Positions 1 through 12,340 of a stretch of 64,000 nucleotides of DNA are shown one piece after another. Source of the stretch: Camelus dromedarius (Eukaryota); the NCBI RefSeq assembly GCF_036321535.1, contig NC_087436.1, positions 38,256,001-38,320,000 of the forward strand, in the 5' to 3' direction. How positions within the stretch are numbered: position 1 is the first letter of the stretch; every line of letters begins with the position of its first letter. The notes under the pieces are model-generated. The model made no database searches. It saw nothing but the letters and a program-made list of their open reading frames with translations, and was not told where the DNA came from. The translations under genes were made by a program, and so were the position numbers.

Positions 1-377
1 TCCTGAGAACATTCTACAGGTCTGGGCAGATAAAAGCAGAAAGGTCTGGGGTGCCTCCCATTTCCTGGAGCGGGCTGAGAAAGCCTGCAAGTCCCCAAAG
101 TCTCCCCGGTCTGGGAGGCTGCAGAGGCAGTGGTGTGAAGCAGCTGCAGATGTGTGTAGGGTGCGGTCCCTGGCAGTCTCACCATGGCTTCTGGAGCCCA
201 GAGTGATGGATGGAGATGCAGCTGAGTCAGAGAAAGCCTGAGGTGAGGCTGAGAAGGAAGCACCTGCTCACATCAAAACGGAGGACAGGTGGATAAGAGC
301 TCACCAGTGGCATGTGGCTGGATGACCACAGCTTGAGTCCAAGAAGGAATGTCCTTCCCCCCCACCCCGACACCCTT

Positions 378-535
378 GAGATTTAGTATTATTTTGCGTA
401 TTTGCGAGAGAGAAATGAGTCATCCAGAGATTGTGTGTTCTGGGAAAGTTCACAAAACTAATAAATGGCACTACTGGATCTCAAGCCCCGCCTTCTGAAT
501 TCAGATCTGATGCTCCTTTCACTACTTCACAGTTG
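378..535 (-). mobile_element. MIR SINE fragment (highly diverged)
   Basis: attattttgc..gagagaaatgag..ttcacaaaactaataaatggc..tctgaattcagatctgatgctcctttcacta resembles the reverse-complement MIR core. Confidence 0.5.
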
Positions 536-559
536 CTTAGAGAGAAAATGATGCACTGA

Positions 560-830
560 ATTTAAAAAGTGATTTGTTTGCAATCTCACCCAGAAGTTTA
601 GCAGTTGGAAACTACAGACTGGATTTCAGAGATGACGGTTTGGAGAGAGAAGTCACGGTTTGGGCCATGGGAGTAGGAGAGAATGTAGAAGGAGAATGTG
701 GGTGATGGTGAGAAGAGGACCGAGGACAGGACTTGTGGGAAAGCCCGCAGGGAGGCAGCTCCAGGGAAAGAGCCAAACTAGAAAAGAGGGAAGAGAATGT
801 GAAGATGATTCTACAGGAAAGAAAGAAGAC
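560..830 (-). mobile_element. L2 LINE fragment
   Basis: Purine-rich gcagttgga..tttggagag..gccatgggagt..gagaagaggaccgaggacag pattern typical of antisense L2. Confidence 0.5.
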
Positions 831-1539
831 TGTGTCTCCTACTTTCAGTTACAAAGTTAATTAAGAGTGAATTACAGCTGTTCTTGAGGCCTAAGGTCAA
901 GTATTACATTTTGAACAATTAACCTGCAAGAAAACAAATCATGTTCTCACAAGGAGTTTCTTTACTCTTACTATACATTCAATTCCTGCAAGCTGGGGTA
1001 TTACACATTCCTAACAACCCACAGGTGATGTGGCGTAGTAAGTCAGGAAGAGCCGGAAGTGTTCTAGAATTACAGCGTAGGAGTAAGTAACATGAAATCA
1101 TGCCTACAGGGAAGAATGCAGAAAACTATTCAAAGAGGAGATAAAAACCTAAAGAGAAAGCAATGTTTAGTAAGGGAACATAATCAGCTTTACATACTCC
1201 CAAAGCTCTGAATCCATTACCTAGAGAACAAAGTTAAAAAATCAAAGATATTTCTAGTGTTGTTTCAGAATCTGCATTAAAAAAAAAGAAAGTCTAATGA
1301 ACTTTGGCAAAGAAGTCAGGAAAGTATGTAATCCTTGTTAGAATAAATATTCATCAAAAGTATTGGCTACTTAAAGGAATATGCTTAAACTAATGGGTAA
1401 ATTTATTTATGTGGAGCAGTTTGATGTCAGAGTAATTCTTCATTTCCCCAGCACCTCAGGCAACAAGGATTCTTCTTTAGCTGATAGCAATGCAAAATAA
1501 ATATGTTTGATAACATGTCAGCACATTTTAGTGTCTCTG

Positions 1540-1760
1540 GGCTCAGCCGCTGGAGCCAGACTGTTGGTTTAGAATCTCAGGTGTGATGCTCACCAACTAT
1601 ATGACTTTGTACAAGTTTCATAGCATCTCTCTGCCTCAGTTTCCTCATCCTAAAACAAGAATAATAAACATAATATTTTGTGGCAATTCATGTGAAGCAC
1701 TTAAAATAGTGCCTGGGACACAGCAAGCCAATGTACTATATACACCTTTGCTATTATTAA
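1540..1760 (+). mobile_element. MIR SINE
   Basis: ctggagccagactg..ctctctgcctcagtttcctcatc..aagcacttaaaatagtgcctggg matches the MIR core and 3' end. Confidence 0.8.
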
Positions 1761-3034
1761 ACATACCATACGGTTTTATTAATTATAGTTTTCATGAGGT
1801 TACCAGGAAATGTAAAGAGTAGACTCACTTTGAATAAATTTAATGAAAATATCTAGAAATCATTTCTCTTTACTATGGTTTGTTTTGTAGATTATCCTTC
1901 TTTATGTTTTAGTATAACTACTTTTACTTAACCTTAAGAAAAATAATCCTCAATATTGTAACTATTCAAGAAAAAAAAGGAAAGACTAGCACATTCTAAA
2001 TACCACATATAGTGATTTTAGATAAGTCTCTCTTAAACTTCCCTTTCAAATCTGAATTGGTCCCCTAAGAAAATCAAATGAACATAAGACGTTTAAAATG
2101 TTTTGCACATTTACTACATTGCCATGTGAGCTTCTGGACATAGGTACAACACGTTAGGACATAAATTTGAGCTGTACCATATACCAGGGGAGAATAATCC
2201 TACTGGGGACTGAAGTGGAGACAGATGGAAGGCACGACTAAGGCAGGTACGTATGAATGACTACACTCCCATCTGGAGGGACTGCCAGGCTCTCAGAAAA
2301 TGAACCCAACAGTAATTTTTAACATCATACATCTTTCCTTCTGGAAGTAATAGACCAATCTGCAAATAATCTATATTCTTTTTCAGTTTGGGGAATTTAA
2401 ATGACTTAGCTTTCTAATCCAGACAAGGACTGCTTTCCTAGAGAACTGGTTATTGGAAGTTTTTGACCTATTTTCCTGCTGGTTCTCCTTCCTGAAAATT
2501 CCTGCCTATTTTGTACATAGATAGATATAGCTATTGACATAAACATAAGTTAAGATAGATTAACAAATTGATCCTTTTTATTTTTGCTACGTTTTATCTT
2601 TTAATTTCATTCTAGCTTAAATAAAATGCTTGAAAATACCTCATTCACAGTTTCAAAATGGAAATGACCCTATAGATAACCAGGTGAAAAAGTACGAATT
2701 AAGTTTAGTCCTAGAAGATAACTTCTGAAATTTAGTTTACAGTTCTTCTTTTAATGTTTCTAAAAGAAAGCATAAATAACTTTTCCTTTTGAATTTCAAT
2801 GATGTTTGCCTTTATGGTGTGAAAAGTTTTAATCTAAAAGGTAATTAATGATTTTCTATCCTTTCCTTTTTATTGTGCCTCTGAGCCAATACAACTTCCA
2901 AGTAATCAGGGACCCACTATTTTTTCCAAGGGATTTCTTCTGCGCTAAGGACATTCCTGAGGGAGACACCTGAGCTACACAGGCTAGTGACTCCTTATTG
3001 TCACTTGTCTTAAGGCAGTAAATATAGCTTCCTG

Positions 3035-3205
3035 AATAAGAGCATAGACTTTGGAATAAGACTAACCTGGTTTTGAATTCGTTTTGCCACATATTGACTC
3101 AGTGATCATTGGAAAGATATTTTACTGCTGTGAACTTTGGTAAGATTAAAAATGTTAATAAAATTATGGATAATCATGCCCATTAAATATCTCATGCATA
3201 AGTTC
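3035..3205 (+). mobile_element. MIR SINE fragment
   Basis: aagagcatagactttggaataagactaacctggttttgaattc resembles the MIR 5' part. Confidence 0.55.
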
Positions 3206-3209
3206 AATG

Positions 3210-3610
3210 AGATTCATTTATTTATTATTCAAATATTCATTGAGAATCTTATGTGTTAGGCCTTTTTCTAGGGAATAAGGCTCATATCCTTCGTGAAGGG
3301 GATGGGAAGAGATAACCATATTCACAAATAAAAATAAGAAAATACTAGTTGGTGATAAATGTCATAAAGAAAATAAAATGGCTTAATGTGATAGTAACTG
3401 GACCACTTTAAATGGGCTGGTTAGGGACGCCTACTGAGGAGGTAATACATTAATTGAGATCAAGAAGTAAAAGGAGAAAGTCATAAGAATTTTCTGGGCA
3501 ACGGAACAGTCAGTGCAAAGATGTTGAGATGGGCATCAGGGAACAGAAAACGGCCAGGAGAGCAGGCATTTAATGATCAAAAATGGGTAGTGGTACTGAG
3601 GTCACAGAGC
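3210..3610 (-). mobile_element. L2 LINE 3' end
   Basis: tcatttatttattattcaaatattcattgag..tatgtgttagg..gaggaggtaatacat..ggaacagtcagtgcaaaga, the antisense L2 tail pattern. Confidence 0.7.
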
Positions 3611-3614
3611 CTGG

Positions 3615-3885
3615 AGTTAGAAGTTAAAAGCACCAGTGCTCCGAGTCAAAGAAACCTGACTTCACATTCCATCTTTACCACTTACAAGCTCTGAGACTAT
3701 GAGTGAAGGGAACCATCTGACCCTCGATTTCCTCATCTGTAAACTTACATATAATTGAACTATTATTATAATTTTCTTTATAGTATAAAAATTCCCATAA
3801 TATACATAATATTCCCATAATATACATTAATAGACATAAAATTTCCCAATAAATGGCAGCAGCATTATTATCATTATTATTTTAT
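3615..3885 (+). mobile_element. MIR SINE, interrupted by an AT-rich tandem duplication
   Basis: ttaaaagcacc..ccacttacaagctctgagact..tttcctcatctgtaaa, then caataaatggcagc..attattat tail. Confidence 0.65.
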
Positions 3886-5097
3886 TACCTTTCCTAAGGT
3901 GATCCAGTGCATTTACATCTGAAGGCATAGATTTATAATCCAAGTACATTTCTATGTGAAATAACAATTTCAGTGTGTAGCTGGGTAGTACAATATTTCA
4001 AACCCATTTAGGATGAAAGGTTTTAGAAAAAATCTTTTTCAGCCTTTCCACAGTTCCAAGAGCTTTATGCCTTGAAGCATTATTTTTTTTACCACACAAG
4101 CATAGCAAGGTTAGATGTTGACTGGTGAAGGGCAAAGTGATTTATAAAGTCACTTTCATTTTTCAATGTTTTTTTTTTTTTCCCAATAACTGAAGAAATG
4201 CCATTGGGAATGTCAGCTGGGAATAAACTAAAATATTTCAGTTGCTTGTGGGTTCACTTACTTATTGTCTATATCCTGTACTTTGACATTTGATCAAAAG
4301 CCACATAAATCTTGGTTTGTTTCCTCCAAACCAAGTTTATTTCTTCTGTATCCTGAATTTGATCCTTCTCTCCCATATTGTATTTCTTTATCACCTCTGT
4401 CCTTGCTGGTTCTTCTAATGATCCATGTTCCTCTGTAGCTATATTTCCACTGGAATCGTTCTCAGTTTCAAACATATTCTGAACCCCCTCACTAGTCTCT
4501 CAACATTTGGTCCTCCAATATATATACACAGAGAAGAAGTTTTATTAAAAGCTAATGGTGGCTGTGCATTTGAAAGGCTACAAGTTATTATTATTCTTAG
4601 AACAAACCATCAAAAATGTACTGATGGGGCAACAGAGCTTATGTCCAAATCACAACTATTCTAATTATGCTTGAAAAGTCAACTATATGGGTATTTCTAA
4701 ATACATGGAATTCTGTCAGTTAGATAAAGCATATGATGGTTCATTTAATTTCCCATTTTTTTTATTTGGACGTATTTTATTATATATATTGTTGAACTGC
4801 ACTTTATGATTTGTTAAATAAAGGCACTTGTATATGACATTAGCTGAACTTAAACTTTTCAAACTTAGGGGTTATTTTTTGTTTGTTTTAAAGATAGCTT
4901 TTTAAAGAATATAACAGAAATATTTTAGATTATAGAAAAATCTGTCCATAATGAAGAAAAATAGAAAGAAGGAAATGCAAATCATTCCTAAACTTGGCTA
5001 CATTCCCTTACATATGTTCTCAGGAAGTGGCCAAGCACGTGAAAGCTGATGGAACTGTGTGAAGGGCCAATCAAGGTAGTGACTAGCTGACTCTAAC

Positions 5098-5491
5098 TGT
5101 GTTAGTTTGCTAGGGCTGCTGTAAAAAAAATACCTCAAACTGGATGGCTTAAGCATCAAAAATTTTGCACAATTCTAGAGGCTAGAAGTGCAGGGTCAGG
5201 TGACAGCAGGCTTAGTTCCTCCTGAGGCCTCCCTCCTTGCCTTGCAGACCGCCACCTTCTCCCTGTGTCTTCACGGGGTCTCTCCTCCATGTAAGCACAT
5301 CCCTGGCATCTCTGCGTGTCAAAATTCCCTCCTCTCATAAACATACCAGATTAGATGCTTACCCTAATGGCCTCATTTTAACTTAATTACCTCTTTAAAG
5401 GCCCTGGCTCTAAATATAGTAAAATTCTGAGGTACAGGGGCTTAGGGTTTTGACATAAGAATTCTGGAATGACATAATTCAGCTCATAACA
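5098..5491 (-). mobile_element. MaLR solo LTR (MLT1B/C-like)
   Basis: TG..CA termini; tgtgttagtttgctagggctgctgtaa..ttctagaggctagaagt..cttgcagaccgccaccttctccctgtgtcttcac..aattcagctcataaca. Confidence 0.9.
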
Positions 5492-5739
5492 CTGTCTGCT
5501 TAAGCCCCAGAGAGTCTCTCTCATTTGTGCCTGGAGAAATTGGAGCCTTAGGGATTGGCTACCAGAAAAACAGTAAACAAAAAAACAAGCAAAAATCAAA
5601 TCTGAGGATGACACCTGAACGCCCATTGTTTATGAATGATGACAACTAGGAATGTCATTCAGACTAGAAATTCTGTTATTAGCATCACAACTGTAGTCCA
5701 TGTGCTCCAGCTACCTGGGATTTAGAAGCTTGCCTGGTC

Positions 5740-6272
5740 TGCTGTGTGTTTTCCAACACCACCAAGCAATTAACTCAATTCTGACACACAGACTGCTTCA
5801 GAGCTCAGAGGTAAGGGCTCAGTCTCACAAGACTGCACTCACTTCAGATGCCAATCCAAGTCTAGGTTGTTACCTGTGTTTCTGATCAATTGTATATTGA
5901 AGGTTCCTGTAAACTTCCTGGGTTCAATATATGCAAATATTTCTCTGAGTTATGTGAGTTTGCTAGAGTGGCTCACAGAACTCAGAGAAATATTTACTTA
6001 TATTCACCTGTTTATTATAAAGGATATTTTTAAAGGAGACAGATGAACAGCCAGATGAAGAGGTATATAGGGTGAGATCAAGAAGGGCCCCAAGTGCAAG
6101 GGCCTCTGTGCCTGTGGAACTGGGGTGTTGCCACTCTCCCAGCATGTGGATGTGCTCACTGTGTGGGAAGCTCTCCAGGTCTGTCCTTTTGGGGTTTTAT
6201 GGGGACTCCATTACATAGGTACCACTGATTAAACCATTAGTCATTCATGACTGAACTTGAATCTCTCCCCTC
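5740..6272 (-). mobile_element. MER21-family ERV LTR (partial)
   Basis: taagggctcagtctcacaagactgc..acttcagatgccaat..tttgctagagtggctcacagaactcag..atgaacagccagatgaagagg matches reverse-complement MER21. Confidence 0.85.
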
Positions 6273-6274
6273 TG

Positions 6275-6400
6275 AGAAACTTACTTCCCACAAAATAAGA
6301 ACACTAACATCTACCTCACAGGTTGATATGAGAATAAAAAATTTTACGTATGTGAAAACACCAGGGTTGCATTCAATAAATGCTAGTGGCTTTCATTTTT
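6275..6400 (+). mobile_element. MIR SINE 3' fragment
   Basis: ctacctcacaggttgatatgagaataaa..tcaataaatgctagt. Confidence 0.55.
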
Positions 6401-6769
6401 ATGGATGTGTTTTTGTTGAATATCAATACTGTTTTCTTTTCATTGGTGAACTTACCACTTAGTTTACCTTTATCTTCAACATAATGCATCCCCTTCTCTG
6501 AAGTATTTTGAAAATTTTTATGCACTAATATACTAACATGCTAATACCATTGTTCATATACTCACATAAACCTTTAACACTTAGAATGCCTCACTAGCAT
6601 AGCCTGTCATTACTTTCACTGCTAGCTATGTATTTGTAGGATATTTCCATATTGCCAAGGAAATTGAACACTAAATCCTACAAATGACTGCAGCAGCATA
6701 GGAAATATTATCAGCCGCCAAAATAAATATTCTATTTCCAGTTATACAGCAGATCATTTTTATATTAGT

Positions 6770-7400
6770 CAGAATGGACTGCTTTTAGTCATTGGTGACA
6801 TTATTCAGCTAATTGCAGTATTAATACAATTCAAAAGAACTTAAGTAATAAAAGGAATATCAGTTTTTGAAGTTAGGATGTCTAAGAAAGTGGTTAGCCT
6901 CAGGGACTCCTCAGGGACTTCTTTCTAACTAAATTATTGAGTTAGAAATAATAATTTAGTTAGAAAGGATGATCTTGGTCTCCTCTCCATGACCCTCTCC
7001 AGCCCCTCCCACCATTGCTTGTTTTCATCCATGTTACAGGGCATTTGACAACCAACTTTAGGCCACTTTTGTTCATTCTTGATTCAGTTAGCAAGAACAT
7101 TATTTCACCAACTCTAACTCGGAAATTTCCTGGAGAGAAATCGAACTGCCCTCAGTCACAGTGCGGGCCACATACTGCATCTGGCTTCAATCACGGTGTC
7201 CACAGTGACTCAACAACGTGATGGGTCCAGATGGGGGGACACAGGATCAATCTCACCACCAGCAGGAAGGGTATTGTGACTAGGAGTTCTACTAAGATCA
7301 CAAGAACAGGCGAGAAACACTTCCCCAAAGAAAATGTTAGAGTGTGCTATGACAGAGAATGGGATTGGGAAAACCTGCTTGGGAGGATCAAGACAACTAC
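6770..7400 (-). mobile_element. Old MaLR LTR remnant (MLT1J/K/L-like)
   Basis: Degenerate motifs such as ttccccaaagaaaatgttagagtgtgctatgacagagaatggg; subfamily uncertain. Confidence 0.4.
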
Positions 7401-9077
7401 TACCTCAATAGTGTTCACTTTATCAAATCAAACCACTTTTGTTAGAAGATAACAGAAGTTGTTCCAAGGAAGATTTCTTTAGTCCTCCCACATGTATTCA
7501 AGTGCCCAGCAATACCAACTTCATTCTATTCTTCATTCATATAACAGTGGGCTTAATCTATAAGATTACTATGTTCTTATACTCATGTTGGACTAGCCTT
7601 CACAAAGGCACAAGAAAGGGCAATTGTCTTATTTGAAATATATCTGGCACAAAAATTAATGTCAGGAGCATATAATTCTCATTGTCTCAAATCAAGTTTA
7701 CTTTAGCTCCTGGAGTTTTCTTTTCTTTTTTTTTTTTTTTCCATGTTTATAAGTGCCTTGCAAATTTCTGAGCAAATGATCCATTGTATGTTATGTTGAT
7801 GGCATAAATGACTAATAATTGCATTTGTAATTATCTTTACTTAGCCATGGCATTCTGAGACTCATAAATTCAAAAACATCCAACCATGAAAAGAGACCTT
7901 TAGTGACATATGATAGAATCTAATTTCTTCCCACCCAAAGGGCAATTTAGCAATATTGACCATTCAAAGGGCCAAATCAAACAAGATAATGAGGGATAAT
8001 TCACTTTTTTCTTTCTGGCAGACCAATCCAGATTTGGACAATATGGACAACAGAACAATGCCACCATAATTATTATTTGGCTTTTGGAGCTATTCAAATG
8101 CATAATCTTTTTCAATGCTGCTTCCAAAAAAAGTTCTAACATTGTTATATAATTACATTTTTCCCTTGCCTTGGCTATTTTGGTCTTGTTAAAATGTTGT
8201 TTTTGATCAAATAGCCTATACACAATTAGCTGCAGTATTATAACATAAATGAATCACAGCTGCACCGACAAATACATAAGCAGGGACAGAGAATGATAAA
8301 TGCAGAAACAATTCCATCTCTGGCTAGAAGTATCCTGACAGCAATAATTATAGAATGTGATAGAGCCAATCTGCCCATCATACATTAAATTGACTACATT
8401 AAAAAATGCTGACAGAAATTTAAAGAATAACTTAAAATGTATCTTCAGTTATATTGATCTGATGTGTCCGCTTCTGAAAAATTGATACACAAGGAAATAT
8501 CTAGTAGAAAGAGAGGGTATGGCATGTGGACATGGTTATGGGTAGTAGAGATAAGTCAATTTTGTGTTGTATGAGCTTTGTTGATCCTATAGTATGCCCC
8601 TTCCCCCACATACACTTTTTTTTAAGGTTATATCGTTTTCTGACATTCAAAGGGAGATTCCTAGTAATTCCAGCAAGAATATACTCATTTTCCCCAGATA
8701 TACCATTTATAACTAAGTACAACTGCTTACACTATAATGGAGCCTAATTATGAGATTAAAAGACAATAAGATGAAATTAAATGTAAGAGAAGTAACATGA
8801 GGCAAATCTTCAGTAACAACAAAAATAATAGGTTTTAAATCTACTCTAAAGGCATTGATAGTTTGAAAAGCTGAATCAACAATATGAATGACAAATTAAT
8901 CTATCCCTTCTGAAACTGAAGAGAAAAACTTTTCTCTGGAAAAAAAAAAACAAGGTAAAACAAGAGATGAAAAATGTAGAGGACAGAAAATAGAGGCCCC
9001 ACATGCAGAATTCCTGAGAAAGGTACAAGATCACATGTGGCATGAGAACTTCTACAAGGAAGTTCTCAAGTAAATGT

Positions 9078-9310
9078 TCGTTGTAGTGTGTACTCAAGTC
9101 TAATCACCTAGGTTCAAATCCTGACTCTTCCTCTTCCAAGCTAGGGCACCTGGAGCAAGTTGTTAAAATTCTCTGTGCCTCAACTTTCAGATCTATACAA
9201 TGTGGATACTTAAAATACCTGCTTCAGATGTTCCACGTGAGGACATAATAAGTTTTACTTACAACAACCTGGCATGTGGAGGACCCTCAATAAATGTTAG
9301 CAACGATTAC
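9078..9310 (+). mobile_element. MIR SINE
   Basis: cctaggttcaaatcctgactct..caagttgttaaaattctctgtgcctca..cctggcatgtgg..ctcaataaatgttagc. Confidence 0.8.
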
Positions 9311-9475
9311 AGTAAAACTCTAAGTCAAATGCGTGTTGTTCATTTCTTACTTTCTCATTGCCCACCATGCTCTGTTAAGTGAAAAGTCGAAGACAGAAAA
9401 AAATGTTCCTAAGCTGAAAGAGATCTGCATGTGCAGAATGAAGGAGCACATCATTTTCCAGGTAAAAATCAAGAA

Positions 9476-9537
9476 TCACTATGCTATACACCTGAAACTA
9501 ACACAATATTGTAAATCACCTATATTTCAATTAAAAA
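9476..9537 (+). mobile_element. Very short 5'-truncated L1 3' terminus (laurasiatherian-type tail)
   Basis: tcactatgctatacacctgaaactaacacaatattgtaaatcacctatatttcaattaaaaa is the characteristic last ~60 nt of these L1s. Confidence 0.75.
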
Positions 9538-10694
9538 GAGACAAAATTAGACTATTCTGGCTAGATTTTGGAGCTGCCTGTGAAAAGAAATATATCAAGC
9601 TTAAAAAACCATAAAAGGCAGAATAATTAAAACCCAAATATTCTGACCTTTCTTTCACATTAGACAATTTATATAATTATTCTCTGACCTCCCTTTTTAA
9701 CCTACTATATCCTGGAAGTCTTTCCACATCATCACTTGCTTAGTATCTCATTTTTAAAAATACCTGTCATAGAATTTGCCATAGTTTATTTAAACATTCC
9801 CATTCATTGCCTTTACAAGGGGGGGGGCATTTGATTATTTTTAATGAAGACCTGATTTAAACCTATGTTTGTAGACTACAATATTTTTTAAATGCACTTC
9901 TTACCATCTTCCTTTTATTTTCATTGCTTAACTGCGTGTACTTGTTATTGATCAATTCTGGAGAAATGGTTTGGAATTTGGACATAGCATTCTTAGTCAT
10001 TAAAAAAGGATTAGTTTAATTGCTCCAAGATGTATGCCATTTTGTTTGCAAATTGCATTGCACTTCTCAATGTCATCCAAAAACTGGAAGGCCATATGGC
10101 CCTCACTTCACTATTATCACAACTTCTTGGGAAAGGGCACCTTCACTTCACTCCCTTCCACACACACACTTTTTTCACCCAGAATACTTTTAAAAATTGT
10201 ATTTCTGGCTCAGATGAGCAATAGAAATATTACTTAAGAATGTGGATTTTAAGAATACAGATTTTTTATGTCTAAATAGTACTCCCCAGGGTAATGATTT
10301 ATTCTTATACTTTCACTTTCTTTAGAGAACTCTGAAATGGTCTAGTATCTCTTCTATAATTTTCCTCTATGTTTAGATATAATCTGTGAGGACAAGGACC
10401 TGATCTTAGTATGAACTAGTGTGCACGTGCACGCACACAGACACAGATACACGCACACATACTAACTTCTCCTCTGTAAGCCACTTAAGATAATAGCAGA
10501 GAGAGTATTAACTAAACCAAAACGAGACCTGGGAGAGTTTAGCGAGTATAACTATCTTAAAAATTAAGATACTTTCAAGGCAAATAATCAAGATTTCAGA
10601 AAGAGTGCATTAGTTGCTGACGCTGGGATCGATAGGGCAGAACTGTGGCTATTACTTCACATATCACAGTTCAACTTGGTGAGTAATGATGTTG

Positions 10695-10915
10695 AATAAG
10701 GCATACTAAGGCTCTGTATCTCAGCTTCAATATCTACTAACTGTACGAACTTGAGCAAGTTTTTTAATTTCTCTAAGCCAGTTTCATCATCTGAAAAATG
10801 AGATCATACCAGTTATTTACCAGTCTTTAGTAAGAATTATATTAGATAATACATGTAAAAATGCTTAGCACAGTGCCTGTGGCTAGTCAATAAATACTAA
10901 TTATTATTATCAATG
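10695..10915 (+). mobile_element. MIR SINE
   Basis: tactaactgtacgaacttgagcaagtt..cagtttcatcatctgaaaaatgag..gcttagcacagtgcctg..tcaataaata. Confidence 0.8.
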
Positions 10916-11183
10916 ATTATAAATTCTCCCTGCTCTCAATAACTATAGTTCATACAGTTATTTAGTTTTGTATGTTTACTTGTTTAAATGTTCCAAAAGA
11001 GTCGGGGGGGAGGAGCAACAAAAAAAGTCTTTGTTTAGTGATGTCATTTTGTCCTACAACTTGTTTGTTCTCCATTCTTCAGATTTCCATCAGGTGAAAT
11101 TACATACTGTTATGTCTTCAATCATCACTACAATGATCATGAGAGAAAAAAAATAAAGCAGAGGGAAGAATAGTACCCACTGC

Positions 11184-11799
<616 letters not shown>

Positions 11800-12340
11800 T
11801 TCAAAATGATCATCAAAGGTTCCCCATCACCTCTGGGATAAAATCTGAAGTTCTTAGCATGACATACAAAACCTGTCATCATTGAGCTTCTCTAATACCT
11901 GCAGCTCTTGCTTCTTCCTACACCACACTTTATGCTGTGATTATTTGAAGCTCATCAAATATTCCATGATTCCCTCATACTTCTTTGAATTTTCCCATGC
12001 TGCTTTTACTACCTGGATGCCACCTGCCTCCATTTCTTAATATAGCTTGTTCCTAACTAATAATAAAACTTGGTTTAAATGCCTCCATCTCTAGATAATC
12101 TTCCCTGAACCTTCTCCCTACATGTGCACACAGCTCTTAGTGTTTGCCTTAACTTTTTCACTTACAGCTCTGTACATGATGATTGGTTTACTTGTCTTCA
12201 TTCCAACCTGAGCCCAAGTTTCTTGATAGCAGGAAAAGTAGCTTAAATCTCTGTATCTGAAATGCTAATTCCCACCACCCCAACATGTAGAAATGGCCGT
12301 ATAGTAGGCAGAGTAGCTAAGTAGATTTCAATAGATGAAA
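11800..12340 (+). mobile_element. L2 LINE 3' region
   Basis: ccccatcacctctgggataaaatctgaagttcttagcatgac..tacctggatgcc..cttccctgaac..tcttgatagcagg. Confidence 0.7.

Noticed and set aside
1..375. GC-richer purine-biased segment resembling an old LTR (similar texture at ~38640-39050, ~52780-53300 and ~61390-61760)
   Set aside because: I could not assign a family with enough confidence by eye; it needs RepeatMasker/Dfam.
6898..6919. 11-bp tandem duplication cctcagggact x2
   Set aside because: An ordinary micro-duplication within an old LTR remnant.
7900..8223. 107-aa minus-strand ORF
   Set aside because: It has a non-ATG start and no recognisable domain or splice boundaries. The region looks like a non-coding motif-rich element.
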